DNA from: an uncultured delta proteobacterium
Lineage (GTDB): Bacteria; Desulfobacterota; Binatia; UBA9968
Direction: 5' to 3'
DNA: 64,000 nucleotides
NCBI GenBank assembly: GCA_963804165.1
Contig: CAWDPO010000043.1
Span: forward strand, 320,001 to 384,000
In this document: one piece after another, positions 1 through 9,377 of the stretch
How the letters are laid out: each line of letters opens with the position of its first letter
Position numbering within the stretch: position 1 is the first letter of the stretch
Notes under the pieces: generated by a model
Databases searched by the model: none
Told to the model about the DNA's origin: nothing
What the model saw: only the letters and a program-made list of their open reading frames with translations
Program-made: the position numbers and the translations under genes

Positions 1-772
1 AAACTTTGTTTTCAGGTATGTAACCGAGCAATATCGAGATGCGCGTTGCCGCCTTTCGCACGGCGACGCCCAGCTCTTCTTCTCTCTTCTTTGGGAAAAG
101 AACTTTTGGCAGACCCAGGCTCAGCGTTGCCTCGACCGTTCCATCGGGCCAGAAGATCGGAGCGGCTACGCTCTTTGCTCCAAGGAACGACTCCTCGTCG
201 TTGAAGGCGAAATTCTTGCGCCGGACTTCGCTTAGCTCTTTTTCCAGCTTTGCCAGCGTAGTCTTAGTTTTCGGCGTGGCCCTGCGGAAGCATCCCTCGC
301 GATTGAGCAGCTCCCGTTCATGCGGGCGCATAAAAGCCAAAAATACTTTTCCCGTCGCGGCGGCGTTGAGCGGGAGTCGAAGACCCACTGGGTGGCCGAT
401 TCGAAGAAAGTGTTGACTCTCAACCTTCTCAACCGCGACCGTTTCCCACCCTTCCCGGATCTTCAGATTGACGGTGCTTCGGGTGTTTCTGCTCAGCTCT
501 TCCATGATCGGTCTTGCCAATCTGCGCAGCTCGCCGTCGATGCGCACCAGGGCTGAAAAAGCGCGAAACGCCCGACCGAGTTGGTATTTGCCATTGACAA
601 CATTTCTCTGAATGAACCCATGGGCTTCAAAAGTCCTAAGGATGCGCGACACCTGGCCCTTATCCATTTGCGTCGTTTTCGCTAGGTCGGTCACTCCCCA
701 CTCCTGATGATCGACCGTGAAACATTCGATCAACTTGAGCGACTTGCTGAGCGACGTTACAAGATGTTGCAT
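1..772 (-). CDS. IclR-family transcriptional regulator (3' end runs off the window)
   Basis: Manual translation from ATG at 772: MQHLVTSLSKSLKLIECFTVDHQEWGVTDLAKTTQMDKGQVSRILRTF (HTH) ... GLRLPLNAAATGKVFLAF ... SVAAPIF. Absent from the ORF track because there is no stop in the window. Confidence 0.9.
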   Translation of the reverse strand, partial: MQHLVTSLSKSLKLIECFTVDHQEWGVTDLAKTTQMDKGQVSRILRTFEAHGFIQRNVVNGKYQLGRAFRAFSALVRIDGELRRLARPIMEELSRNTRSTVNLKIREGWETVAVEKVESQHFLRIGHPVGLRLPLNAAATGKVFLAFMRPHERELLNREGCFRRATPKTKTTLAKLEKELSEVRRKNFAFNDEESFLGAKSVAAPIFWPDGTVEATLSLGLPKVLFPKKREEELGVAVRKAATRISILLGYIPENKV

Positions 773-963
773 ATTAGACAACGACTATTTCCGTTGCGTG
801 GCTATGGTTCGCTTCATAGACTTTCGAAGCGGCTCACGTCAAGTGATTTGTGGCTAAATAATTGTTGATTATTAAGCAACATGGTTGCAATCCTGCTCCG
901 CAGAGTTACTCGACCATGCGCCGCGGATAAGAACAGAGAAGCGGATGATTTCTTACAGAAAGT

Positions 964-1788
964 TTACTGGTCGGCTTGGAGAAAGTCAGCGACCAAAGCG
1001 TTGAACCGGTCGGCGTGATCCCACTGCACCCAGTGGGCGCACTGGTCGAAAACATGCAGCTCGGCCTGCGGTATTTTTTGAAACAGCAGCAGCGCCTGAT
1101 CCAGCGAGGTGCCGTGATCGTTGCGGCCCCAGAGAATGAGAGTTTGGGATTTCAATTTTTCCAATTCCTCATCCAGCGTCTTCGACTTCGGCGCGCTGGC
1201 GCGCGCCATTTGGGCTTCGTAACGGTTTCCCGTGCTCATCTCGTAGCGCTCGCGCACCAGTTCTTCAGTCACCAGATCTTGCCGAAACAACGTCCCTTGA
1301 GTCATCTTCAGCATGTTCTCATAAGTCGGCGTGTATGCTCTCAGCTCCTCGGCGTGCTGCTTTGATTTCGCCTGCGACTCCGGCGAGCCTTTCGGCGCCA
1401 ACGTATTGCTCGACACCAGCACCAATCGTTTGGCGCGCGCATCCTCGAGCGCCAGACGCGCGGCGAGATAGGCGCCTATCGAATTGCCCATGACGTGATA
1501 GCTCTCGACCTTCATCGCAGCGACGAAGGCGCGCGCGTGCGCAAAACGAAAATCGAGAGAATAGTCGCTGGGATTTTCCGTAAGTCCGAACCCTGGTTGG
1601 TCGAAAGCGTAAACTGCAAACCCGGCGGCTGCGAGCGGTTCGAGGTTGAGCTTCCAGTTCACCGACGAACAAGTGCCCGGCGAGCCGCCGTGGCAAAGCA
1701 CCAGCGGCTGGCCTTCGCCGACCTTGATGTAGAAGGTCCGCAATCCCAAGACTTCCCGGTACTCACGATTTTGCGGGAGCTTCTGCAT
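964..1788 (-). CDS. alpha/beta hydrolase, meta-cleavage product hydrolase-like (MhpC/BphD type)
   Basis: HGGSPG, GNSIG nucleophile elbow, CAHWVQWD C-terminal motif. Confidence 0.8.
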   Translation of the reverse strand: MQKLPQNREYREVLGLRTFYIKVGEGQPLVLCHGGSPGTCSSVNWKLNLEPLAAAGFAVYAFDQPGFGLTENPSDYSLDFRFAHARAFVAAMKVESYHVMGNSIGAYLAARLALEDARAKRLVLVSSNTLAPKGSPESQAKSKQHAEELRAYTPTYENMLKMTQGTLFRQDLVTEELVRERYEMSTGNRYEAQMARASAPKSKTLDEELEKLKSQTLILWGRNDHGTSLDQALLLFQKIPQAELHVFDQCAHWVQWDHADRFNALVADFLQADQ

Positions 1789-2095
1789 ACCTCAGTACCT
1801 TACCGCCTTTTGGCGCGCGCGTCGGTCCGTAAGGCGTGCCCTTCTCGATAAAAATGCACGCTCCCGCGGCGTACGTAACCTCGCCGATCTCGATTTCGCC
1901 TTCCAGAACATAGAACATTTCGTGATAGGGATGGCTGTGCACCGGGATATCCGTGTCGGGCCCCCAGTGGCGTATCATCATCTCGGGCCCTGACTCGCCC
2001 TTGGCCACGTGAAGCCATTTCGTATAGCCCCGACCGCTCTTGGCCATCTCGACGTCATTTTCATTCACCGCGTGGATCCCCATAAGTTCTCCCAA
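1763..2095 (-). CDS. cupin domain protein
   Basis: PVHSHPYHEMFYVLEGE cupin motif. Confidence 0.85.
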   Translation of the reverse strand: MGELMGIHAVNENDVEMAKSGRGYTKWLHVAKGESGPEMMIRHWGPDTDIPVHSHPYHEMFYVLEGEIEIGEVTYAAGACIFIEKGTPYGPTRAPKGGKVLRYAEAPAKS

Positions 2096-2166
2096 TTAAG
2101 AAAAAGTTTCTTTGCGGCTGTCTCTCCCGGTTCGTTTTTACACCCGGAACGAGACTGTGTTGTAAT

Positions 2167-2250
2167 TGTCATTCTGAGGCGAAGCCGAAGAATCTCGTTT
2201 TCGCAAATCGCTGAAAAGACGAGATGCTTCGCGGAGTTTATCCTGAGTCT
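2167..2250. repeat. REP-like palindrome (GTCATTCTGAG...GAAGAATCTC family), partial copy
   Basis: Matches the complete copy at 3575-3659. Confidence 0.7.
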
Positions 2251-2277
2251 CTCCGGACACCAACGGCACTCTCGTTC

Positions 2278-3501
2278 TTATCCCACCGCCGCGGTCTTGC
2301 CAAGATTTCGTTCGCTCTCCGGCACCCATTTTTCATAGGCGGGAATCACGATCATCTTATTTTTGTCCGGATCCCGCACGACGCACTTGGGATCTTCGCC
2401 GCGTTTCACTTTATCGATCTCGCGCAGATACATCTGGCGCAGCTTGATAATGCCGTCGTCGATCGCCGGCCCCAAGTTTTCGTTCTCGCGATCGGCGATC
2501 GGCGGCATGCTGTCGACCACCATGCCGTCCTCGATGAAATGCAAAGGTGGAATCTCGTAACCCAAAACCGGATTGTCGGAATCCCGGTATTCCTTGTACG
2601 GCGCGATGAATTCCTGCGGCGGCTTCCAACGCCGGCTGAACGGGTCGCCTTCGTATTTGCCGGGATTGTCGGAAGGCTTAAAGCGCACGCGCATCAGCAC
2701 GGTATGCGTATCGTCGATCGGCACGCTCCAGCGCGCCGCCGACACCGGCGTGCCGGCTTTGCCGCCGGTGAGATAACGCCCGCCGCTGCCGCCGCAGCTG
2801 ATACCGGGCATCAGCAAATGATGCTCGCGATAATTGAGCATGCCGGGCTCTTTGGTCTTGCGATACGCCTTGTACACCATGCCCCATTCGGTTTCGTGAA
2901 AACCGAGCTCCGGCTCGGTGCTCATGATGTCGGGCCACGCGCCGCCATGGGTGAAACTCGGATGCACCGGATCCATGCCGTTCTCGACGCATTGCAGCCA
3001 GTTGCAGTTTTGAAAGCCCTGAATGGTGATATAGACATCGCCCTCGCCCACAAGAAAATTGTAGCGCGGCACCAGCGGCGCCGGCTGCTGACCGAAGTAG
3101 GCGAAGATCAAACCGCCCAACTCTTCGACGGCATACGACGGCAGGCGAATGTCTTGTTTTCTAAGCGGGCTATCGGCGGGCTCGCCGGGAATCTGCACGA
3201 CCTTGCCGCCCGTGTCATAGAGCCAGCCGTGATAGCGGCAGCGCACGCCGTCGCGCTCGATATCGCCGAGACACAAGTTGGCGCGCCGGTGCGCGCAGTA
3301 AGCGCCGATGACGCCGGCCTTGCCGGTGCCGTCGCGAAAAAGCACCAAATCTTCGCCGAACACGCGAATGAACGTCGGCTTTAATTTTAAATGCGCGGAA
3401 ATGCCGATCGGCCACCAGTAGCGGCGCAAAAACTCGCCCATCGGCGTGCCGCGGCCGGTACGGGTAAGAATCTCATTTTCTTCTTTGGTGGTTTTATACA
3501 T
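2278..3501 (-). CDS. Rieske [2Fe-2S] non-heme iron oxygenase alpha subunit (phthalate dioxygenase/LigX-like)
   Basis: CAHRRA...CRYHGW Rieske motif; ENGMDPVHPSFTH mononuclear iron motif. Confidence 0.92.
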   Translation of the reverse strand: MYKTTKEENEILTRTGRGTPMGEFLRRYWWPIGISAHLKLKPTFIRVFGEDLVLFRDGTGKAGVIGAYCAHRRANLCLGDIERDGVRCRYHGWLYDTGGKVVQIPGEPADSPLRKQDIRLPSYAVEELGGLIFAYFGQQPAPLVPRYNFLVGEGDVYITIQGFQNCNWLQCVENGMDPVHPSFTHGGAWPDIMSTEPELGFHETEWGMVYKAYRKTKEPGMLNYREHHLLMPGISCGGSGGRYLTGGKAGTPVSAARWSVPIDDTHTVLMRVRFKPSDNPGKYEGDPFSRRWKPPQEFIAPYKEYRDSDNPVLGYEIPPLHFIEDGMVVDSMPPIADRENENLGPAIDDGIIKLRQMYLREIDKVKRGEDPKCVVRDPDKNKMIVIPAYEKWVPESERNLGKTAAVG

Positions 3502-3574
3502 CGTTCTCCCTCAAGATCTTTTTTCACTATGAAAGGTTCGTTTCCTTCCTCCTCGCATCGAGAGCGTATCGCAA

Positions 3575-3659
3575 TGTCATCCTGAGGCGATAGCCGAAGG
3601 ATCTCGTCTTCGTAGGTGGAAGAAAATGCGAGATTCTTCGCTGACGCTCAGAATGACAT
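3575..3659. repeat. REP-like intergenic inverted repeat
   Basis: tgtcatcctgaggcgatagccgaaggatctcg ... cgagattcttcgctgacgctcagaatgaca. Confidence 0.8.
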
Positions 3660-3741
3660 CGAAGCGGCTTTCACGATTGACACACACTCTCATCGCGGCG
3701 GAAAAAAGCTTGGATGCGACCTTTTCGGTGGTCATCTGACT

Positions 3742-4773
3742 TTAATTCGCCAAAACTTTTTTCATCCGCTCGACGACGTCCGAAGGTTGGACGATCACTT
3801 TTTTCGCGATCGCTTCCAACTCCTGACCCGTCACCGGTTCCACTTCCCAATTTCTCTTTTGCGCTTCGGCTTTGAACTCAGGATCGCTGAGCGCTTTCAT
3901 CATTGCGTCGCGCAATAGGGTTAACCGGTCGGTAGGAAGGCCCGGCGGCGCGATCAACGGACGGCCGATGGAATCCGGAGACATCAACACCACGGCTAAA
4001 CGTCGGGTCACGTCCGACGCTTTTCGCTTGTCCAGGATCTCGTTGACGGTCGGCACATCGGGAATCCGCGGGTCACGCTTCGGACTGCCGTGCACCAGCA
4101 CGCGGGTAAACCCGCCCTTGGACCAACTCCGCGTCGGCTCGCTGCCAAAGTACCCCTCCAAGCTGCCGGCACGGCACTGCACTTCGCCCTTTTGCATGGC
4201 TAAATCGATTTCCGCCGCACCCGGATACCCGGTGACGATATTGAATTTAACACCCGCGACTTCTTCGATCAGCCTAGGGAAATAGTGACCGACCGTGCCG
4301 AGGGCGGTGGCGCCGCAACGGGGATGCTCAGACAAGTTGCGAATATCGTCGAGCGTTTTGTACGGCGTATCGGCGCGGCCATAGATAATCCGGACGGTTC
4401 GCTCCGGCGAGCCGATCCAACTGAACTTCGCCCAGTCGAACTTCACTTCCGTCAGGTCCGTGAGCTGGTTAAAGTAAAGACCCGGCGTGACAAAGCCGAT
4501 CGTCAAGCCGTCCGGTTTGGCGATATTGAAAATATAGTTGGCCGCCGTCAGCGATCCGGCGCCGGGCATGTTCTGCGCGATAATGGTCGGTTTGCCTGGA
4601 ATGTGCGGGCCCATGGCGCGCGCGAGTGCCCGCGCCCAGAGATCGCTGATGCCGCCGGGTGAAAACCCGAGAACTAACCGTATTGTCTTATCTTCGAAGA
4701 AGGAAGACTGTGCGCTCGCTTCATACGCGCGTGCAAGCAACAAAACAAAAACAATAACGGCTCGTTTCAACAA
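3742..4773 (-). CDS. Bug/TctC tripartite tricarboxylate transporter substrate-binding protein
   Basis: Signal peptide; GFSPGG, NMPGAGS, AKPDGLTIG motifs. Confidence 0.9.
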   Translation of the reverse strand: MLKRAVIVFVLLLARAYEASAQSSFFEDKTIRLVLGFSPGGISDLWARALARAMGPHIPGKPTIIAQNMPGAGSLTAANYIFNIAKPDGLTIGFVTPGLYFNQLTDLTEVKFDWAKFSWIGSPERTVRIIYGRADTPYKTLDDIRNLSEHPRCGATALGTVGHYFPRLIEEVAGVKFNIVTGYPGAAEIDLAMQKGEVQCRAGSLEGYFGSEPTRSWSKGGFTRVLVHGSPKRDPRIPDVPTVNEILDKRKASDVTRRLAVVLMSPDSIGRPLIAPPGLPTDRLTLLRDAMMKALSDPEFKAEAQKRNWEVEPVTGQELEAIAKKVIVQPSDVVERMKKVLAN

Positions 4774-4826
4774 ACATTCTCCTTCGCTACCGGCGATCGA
4801 ATCCGTCCCCTGTTATCGATGCGTTG

Positions 4827-4858
4827 CATTGGGCGCGATGAATCGCGCCCCTACAATG
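4827..4858. repeat. GTAGGGGCG-type REP palindrome
   Basis: cattgggcgcgatgaatcgcgcccctacaatg; related copies near 28170 and 47465. Confidence 0.65.
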
Positions 4859-4890
4859 TCCGACCTCCGCTCGCCGCGTTTTATGCCAAA

Positions 4891-5859
4891 TCATTCTTTG
4901 AAATCCATCCGCGGGTCCCACGAGCGCAGCATATCCAGTTCGTCGAGTACTTCTTTGAGATATTTGAAGTTGTAGTAATCGCTCACCGGTTTTTTGGGCA
5001 AGTTCCATTCGCTGGTGTAAAAATCCACCTTGCGCTGGTAGGCTTCGAGATCGAGCACCGGTCCCCATTCCTTGTGCACTTCCTCGTAGGCCAGACTCGC
5101 TAGCTCGCGGTTGATGAAGTGATTGTGGCGCAGAATCGAGTCGAGCGTTTCTTCCTTGCTATACTTGGCGATCATCACGCCGCGTAGGAGCGCCCGCACC
5201 ATCCCTTTGACGACGAACGGTTTCTCCGCGATTACGGCAGGCGAAGTCGAAAAGCCGGCTTCGGGAATCGAAAATAGATCACGGCACGACTGCAGCGCAT
5301 GACCGCCCATCTGCACCGCGATGTTCCAGTGTGGCGGATCGCAGCACACCGCATCGACTTCGCCTTTTTCGAACAACGCCAAACGGAAACGTTCCGTATT
5401 GGGCGGCTTGCCGCGGCTATCGATCCACGTAACGTCTTTCTCCGGATCGACGCCGAAGTGGCGCATCACCATCTTGGCGTCCATGCTCGAACCGCCTTTG
5501 AGATCACCGGCGATCTTTTTGCCTTTGAGATCCGGAACATCTTTGACGTAGGGCTTGGCGACGAAGACGTGCGCCGTGCGGTTGGCGATGGACACCACGT
5601 TTACCTCGCCGTCGATGTGATCGCGGTTTTCCAGCACCGAGCGAAACGGCGGCGAGCCTCCCGGAGATTGGAAAATAATCGACCCGTCTTTGCGCCACTG
5701 GTGGCGCGGGTGTTGGTTGTCGGGAATCCCCTGAACAGGACGTAAGTCGACGTCCAGCCCTTCCTCTTTAAAAAATCCTTTGTCGTGAGCAACCCACATG
5801 GGCGCCAAATTCATGGGCAATGCCGGGCCAAAGACGACGATCTTTTCCTTCGAGCTCAT
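4891..5859 (-). CDS. NMT1/SsuA/THI5-like binding-protein-fold protein without a signal peptide
   Basis: PMWVAHDKGFFKEEGLDV and DLKGKKIA motifs; no hydrophobic N-terminus. Confidence 0.8.
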   Translation of the reverse strand: MSSKEKIVVFGPALPMNLAPMWVAHDKGFFKEEGLDVDLRPVQGIPDNQHPRHQWRKDGSIIFQSPGGSPPFRSVLENRDHIDGEVNVVSIANRTAHVFVAKPYVKDVPDLKGKKIAGDLKGGSSMDAKMVMRHFGVDPEKDVTWIDSRGKPPNTERFRLALFEKGEVDAVCCDPPHWNIAVQMGGHALQSCRDLFSIPEAGFSTSPAVIAEKPFVVKGMVRALLRGVMIAKYSKEETLDSILRHNHFINRELASLAYEEVHKEWGPVLDLEAYQRKVDFYTSEWNLPKKPVSDYYNFKYLKEVLDELDMLRSWDPRMDFKE

Positions 5860-5898
5860 TCGGACTCTCCCTTGGTAAAAATCTTTGGGTGATTCACA

Positions 5899-5976
5899 TT
5901 TGGTCTGGCCAAACGATACTGGTTTTGGTATATAACAGGCAATTTCTTACTGTCAAGGAGATTTTGGCCTGACCAA
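5899..5976. promoter_or_regulatory. Two FadR/GntR-type operators in a divergent promoter
   Basis: TTTGGTCTGGCCAAA (5899-5913) and TTGGCCTGACCAA (5964-5976) fit TGGTCNGACCA; minus-strand TTGACA at 5951-5956. Confidence 0.7.
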
Positions 5977-6776
5977 TGATTCAATTTAACAGTCGAGTCG
6001 ACAGAATCGCCAAGGATCTGCAGGACCAGATTGTTCAAGGCAAACTAAAGCCGGGAGAGCGGCTGCCGTCGGAGCGGAGCTTGTGTTCTGTATTTGGCGT
6101 CGGCCGGACCACTATCAGGGAGGCGCTGAAGTCGTTGGGGGTGCGCGGTCTGGTGACCCGGTCGGCCCGCGGAGCGGTGGTCGCCGACGCCGAGTCCCGA
6201 CTGCTGCCGGGCGCGGATCTCGCCGGGCTCGCAGCCCAGACGTCGATCAAGCAACTTTTCGAGGTGCGCAAGCTCATGGAAGTGAGAGTCGCGGGCTGGG
6301 CCGCCTTGCGCGCAACGCCGGAGGATGTCGACGCGATGCAGCGGGCGATCGAGGCCGACATTGCGCGCAACACGGCGACGGGCAATCCCAGCCGCATGTT
6401 TCACGACGCGCTGGCCCAAGCCGCGCACAATCCCGCCCTGGTTCAAGTTTATGAATCTGGCAGAAGTCTTTTCTTTCGTCTGCCGTTTTACTGGAAGCTT
6501 TTCGACGACGCTAAAGTGAAGTCGGTCCGAGCGGCGCGCCATGAGCTCGCTCGGCGCTGGCATGAACAGATTTTTAAAGCGATTGCCGACCACGATGCCG
6601 CCGAAGCCGAGGGCGCCATGTTTCAGCACTTGGACATCATGGAAAAAGATCTTCTCAACCGCCTTCAACCAGCAGACGGCGACGCCAACAACCAAAAGCT
6701 TTACCTGCATCCAGTCCTGACCAGCTTAGAGTCGGAAGCCCCAGGGAGTGGAGAAATCATTCGCTCCGGCCGATGA
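5976..6776 (+). CDS. GntR/FadR-family transcriptional regulator
   Basis: LKPGERLPSERSLCSVFGVGRTTIREAL winged HTH plus FCD domain. Confidence 0.93.
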   Translation: MIQFNSRVDRIAKDLQDQIVQGKLKPGERLPSERSLCSVFGVGRTTIREALKSLGVRGLVTRSARGAVVADAESRLLPGADLAGLAAQTSIKQLFEVRKLMEVRVAGWAALRATPEDVDAMQRAIEADIARNTATGNPSRMFHDALAQAAHNPALVQVYESGRSLFFRLPFYWKLFDDAKVKSVRAARHELARRWHEQIFKAIADHDAAEAEGAMFQHLDIMEKDLLNRLQPADGDANNQKLYLHPVLTSLESEAPGSGEIIRSGR

Positions 6777-6792
6777 GCCGCGAAAGCCAACT

Positions 6793-7836
6793 ATGAAACC
6801 CATTTTCGCTCTTTTTGCCGCTATAGTTTTGTTGATTACGGAGGCGGCACACGCCGCCGACTCGAGACCCCGCGAGATGCTTAGATTGCGGCTTGGCCTT
6901 GGCTCGGCTCCGGCACCGCCGCTGCCCAATTCGGTGCTCTGGCTCGCCAAGGATTTGGGGTTCTACGCGCGCGAAGGACTGGATGTCGAATTGTTCGAGT
7001 TTCAGGGTACACCCCTGGCGATGGCGGCGATGATTTCTGGCGACGTGGATGTGGCCAATGTATCGACCTCGGAAGTCATTCGCATGAACGCGACCAAGGG
7101 CCAGCCGATGCGCGCTATACACTCGCCGGATGCTCGACTTTATTTTCTCATCGCAGCACGGGAGGAATTCAAGTCGGTCTCTGGCCTCCAAGGAAGAACT
7201 TTCGCAGTCTCGCGTATCGGCAGCGTCGATCACTCGCTTTCGACGATCGCGTTGAGAGCCCTTGGGCTTAATCCCGCGAGCTTGACTATGGTCGCCATGG
7301 GAATTCCGTCGACGCGTGCCCAGGCGCTGATCGCAGGGCGAGTCGATGCCACGTCGCTTTCCGTGGGCACATGGATTACGATTCAAAAAGACCCGGGCGT
7401 ACGCGTTTTGGTCGATCACAACACGTATTTCGAGAACGCCCCGGTAGTCGAAAAAGTGAATGCGGTCACGACGAAGACACTCGACGAAAAGCCTGAGCAA
7501 CTTCGACGTTTCACGAGCGCGATACTCAAGGCCAGCCGGCATTTCGCGGAAAATCAGGACGCCTGGGTGGCCGCCATAACTAAACGCCGCCCCGATGTCG
7601 ACCGCAACGACGTCGCTGGCCTCTGGACTGGATTTAAGAGCTCTTGGGCGGTAAATGGGTTGATGAATCTTGACGCGTACAAGAAAACCGCTGACTTTTT
7701 TTTTCAAGCGGGATTGTTGGATAAGGTTCCGAAAATCGAAGTCGCGGACTGGGCCGACACTCGAGTGGTCGACGGCGTGCTGAAGGAAATCGGCGCAAGT
7801 GCCAACGCCGACTCCATCGGCCGCGCGCTAAAATGA
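6793..7836 (+). CDS. NMT1/SsuA-type ABC substrate-binding protein
   Basis: Signal peptide from ATG 6793; LAKDLGFYAREGLDVEL motif. Confidence 0.88.
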   Translation: MKPIFALFAAIVLLITEAAHAADSRPREMLRLRLGLGSAPAPPLPNSVLWLAKDLGFYAREGLDVELFEFQGTPLAMAAMISGDVDVANVSTSEVIRMNATKGQPMRAIHSPDARLYFLIAAREEFKSVSGLQGRTFAVSRIGSVDHSLSTIALRALGLNPASLTMVAMGIPSTRAQALIAGRVDATSLSVGTWITIQKDPGVRVLVDHNTYFENAPVVEKVNAVTTKTLDEKPEQLRRFTSAILKASRHFAENQDAWVAAITKRRPDVDRNDVAGLWTGFKSSWAVNGLMNLDAYKKTADFFFQAGLLDKVPKIEVADWADTRVVDGVLKEIGASANADSIGRALK

Positions 7837-7903
7837 AGCGATATTGCACCAAACTTGAACAAAACTTTCGCTGTCTAAAACAAATCTTAGGGAGGGCAAA
7901 TTT

Positions 7904-8974
7904 ATGGCGATCGGATTATCTCATGGCGGCACGACGATCTATTCCTCACCGTCTTTCTCGAATGAAGTTTTGGTGGGAACTCGGGAAGGCGTCGTCACCC
8001 TTGCGCGCGACGGGTCGGATTGGAAAGTCATTCATCGCTCGATGACCGACAAGCATATCAGCGCAATCATCAAGGAACCGGAGAGCGGCTTGACCTTCGC
8101 CGGAGCTTTCCACGGCTCCGTGCACGCGAGCGCTGACGACGGCAAGAGCTGGGAATCGCGAGACAACGGCCTGACGCAAAGCGACGTGTATTCACTCGCC
8201 GCGCAGCGTATCAATGGCCGTGTGCGCCTATTTGCGGGAACGGAGCCGGCGCATCTTTTTATCAGCGACGATCTCGGCGCGAGCTGGACTGAGCTGCCGT
8301 CACTCCGATCCGTGCCGAGCGTGCCGAAGTGGAGTTTCCCCGCGCCGCCGCACATCGGACACGTGAAGCATATCAACTTCGATCCCGACCACCCGACTAC
8401 GATTTATGCATCCGTCGAGGTCGGCGGGTTGCTGCGCAGCACCGACGCGGGAGAGCACTGGGAAGAGTTCTCCGGGCTGTATGAAGACGTGCACCGGCTG
8501 ATGATCCATCCGCGCAATCCGAAATTTTTGTACGCCGTCACCGGGCGAGGACTGTACACCGGTCCGGACGCCGGGGCTCACTGGGACCAATGGACGCGCC
8601 GAGAGGATGAAATCGGCGGCTACCCGGACGGCTTCGTCTTTCGTCCCTCCGACCCAAAGGTCATGCTTATGACGGCGGCGCATGACGCCCCAGGGACCTG
8701 GCGCACGACTCATTTCGCCGGCGCGCGCATTTCGCGCAGCAAAGACGGCGGACGCACTTGGGAAATTTTGCGCAACGGTTTGCCCGACCGCTTGCAAGCC
8801 AGCATCGAGGCGTTTTGTCTTGAAGAAGCCGGCGAATCGGCTCAAGTATTTGCCGCAACCACTTCGGGCGACGTGTTTCGTTCCGAAGATATGGGCGATC
8901 ACTGGCAGAAAATCACCAGCGGTCTACCGGCGATCTCCAAGTCCGGTCACTACCGGAATCTCGTCGCCGCGTGA
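7904..8974 (+). CDS. BNR/Asp-box beta-propeller protein
   Basis: Repeated SxDxGxxW Asp-boxes (SADDGKSW, SDDLGASW, STDAGEHW, SKDGGRTW). Confidence 0.85.
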   Translation: MAIGLSHGGTTIYSSPSFSNEVLVGTREGVVTLARDGSDWKVIHRSMTDKHISAIIKEPESGLTFAGAFHGSVHASADDGKSWESRDNGLTQSDVYSLAAQRINGRVRLFAGTEPAHLFISDDLGASWTELPSLRSVPSVPKWSFPAPPHIGHVKHINFDPDHPTTIYASVEVGGLLRSTDAGEHWEEFSGLYEDVHRLMIHPRNPKFLYAVTGRGLYTGPDAGAHWDQWTRREDEIGGYPDGFVFRPSDPKVMLMTAAHDAPGTWRTTHFAGARISRSKDGGRTWEILRNGLPDRLQASIEAFCLEEAGESAQVFAATTSGDVFRSEDMGDHWQKITSGLPAISKSGHYRNLVAA

Positions 8975-9141
8975 CTTCCACCCCGGCTGCGTCGGGTGAT
9001 AAATCGCCCGACGCGGCCAATTTTCGTCGACGCAGCCCCACCCTCATTCGTCATACTGTTCGCGCGTTGCGCCAAATTCAACCACCCTCGGTCGAGGCCC
9101 GGCGGTTTTGAAATTGTCGTCTGGAAGTCGACTGCCGACTC

Positions 9142-9251
9142 CGTCATTCCGGCGCATGCCGGAATCCAGGCAATTTCTGAACTCACGCCGAGAATCAAAC
9201 TGGATGCCGGCCGGAGTTTATCCTGAGACTTTCGAAGGAAACCGCCATGAC
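9142..9251. repeat. REP-like repeat (GTCATTCCGGC..GCCGGAATCCAG family)
   Basis: cgtcattccggcgcatgccggaatccagg ... ctggatgccgg ... ccatgac, with an embedded gtttatcctgag motif also seen near 2236. Confidence 0.7.
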
Positions 9252-9377
9252 AAACTTTCGCTTCGACTGATGGCGAAGGATTTCAACCATCTCCGAGAGG
9301 GACATTTACCGCGCAACCCGTTAGAACACCGGCTGAGAATTGAAGCCCCAGAAATTTAGTGGTAGACGAAACCATCT

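Noticed and set aside
2224-3384. Long antisense or alternative-frame ORFs (e.g. 2224-3384, 6757-7707, 11570-12763, 25059-26003, 53180-54109)
   Set aside because: Shadows of well-supported genes in GC-rich DNA, with no recognisable motifs.
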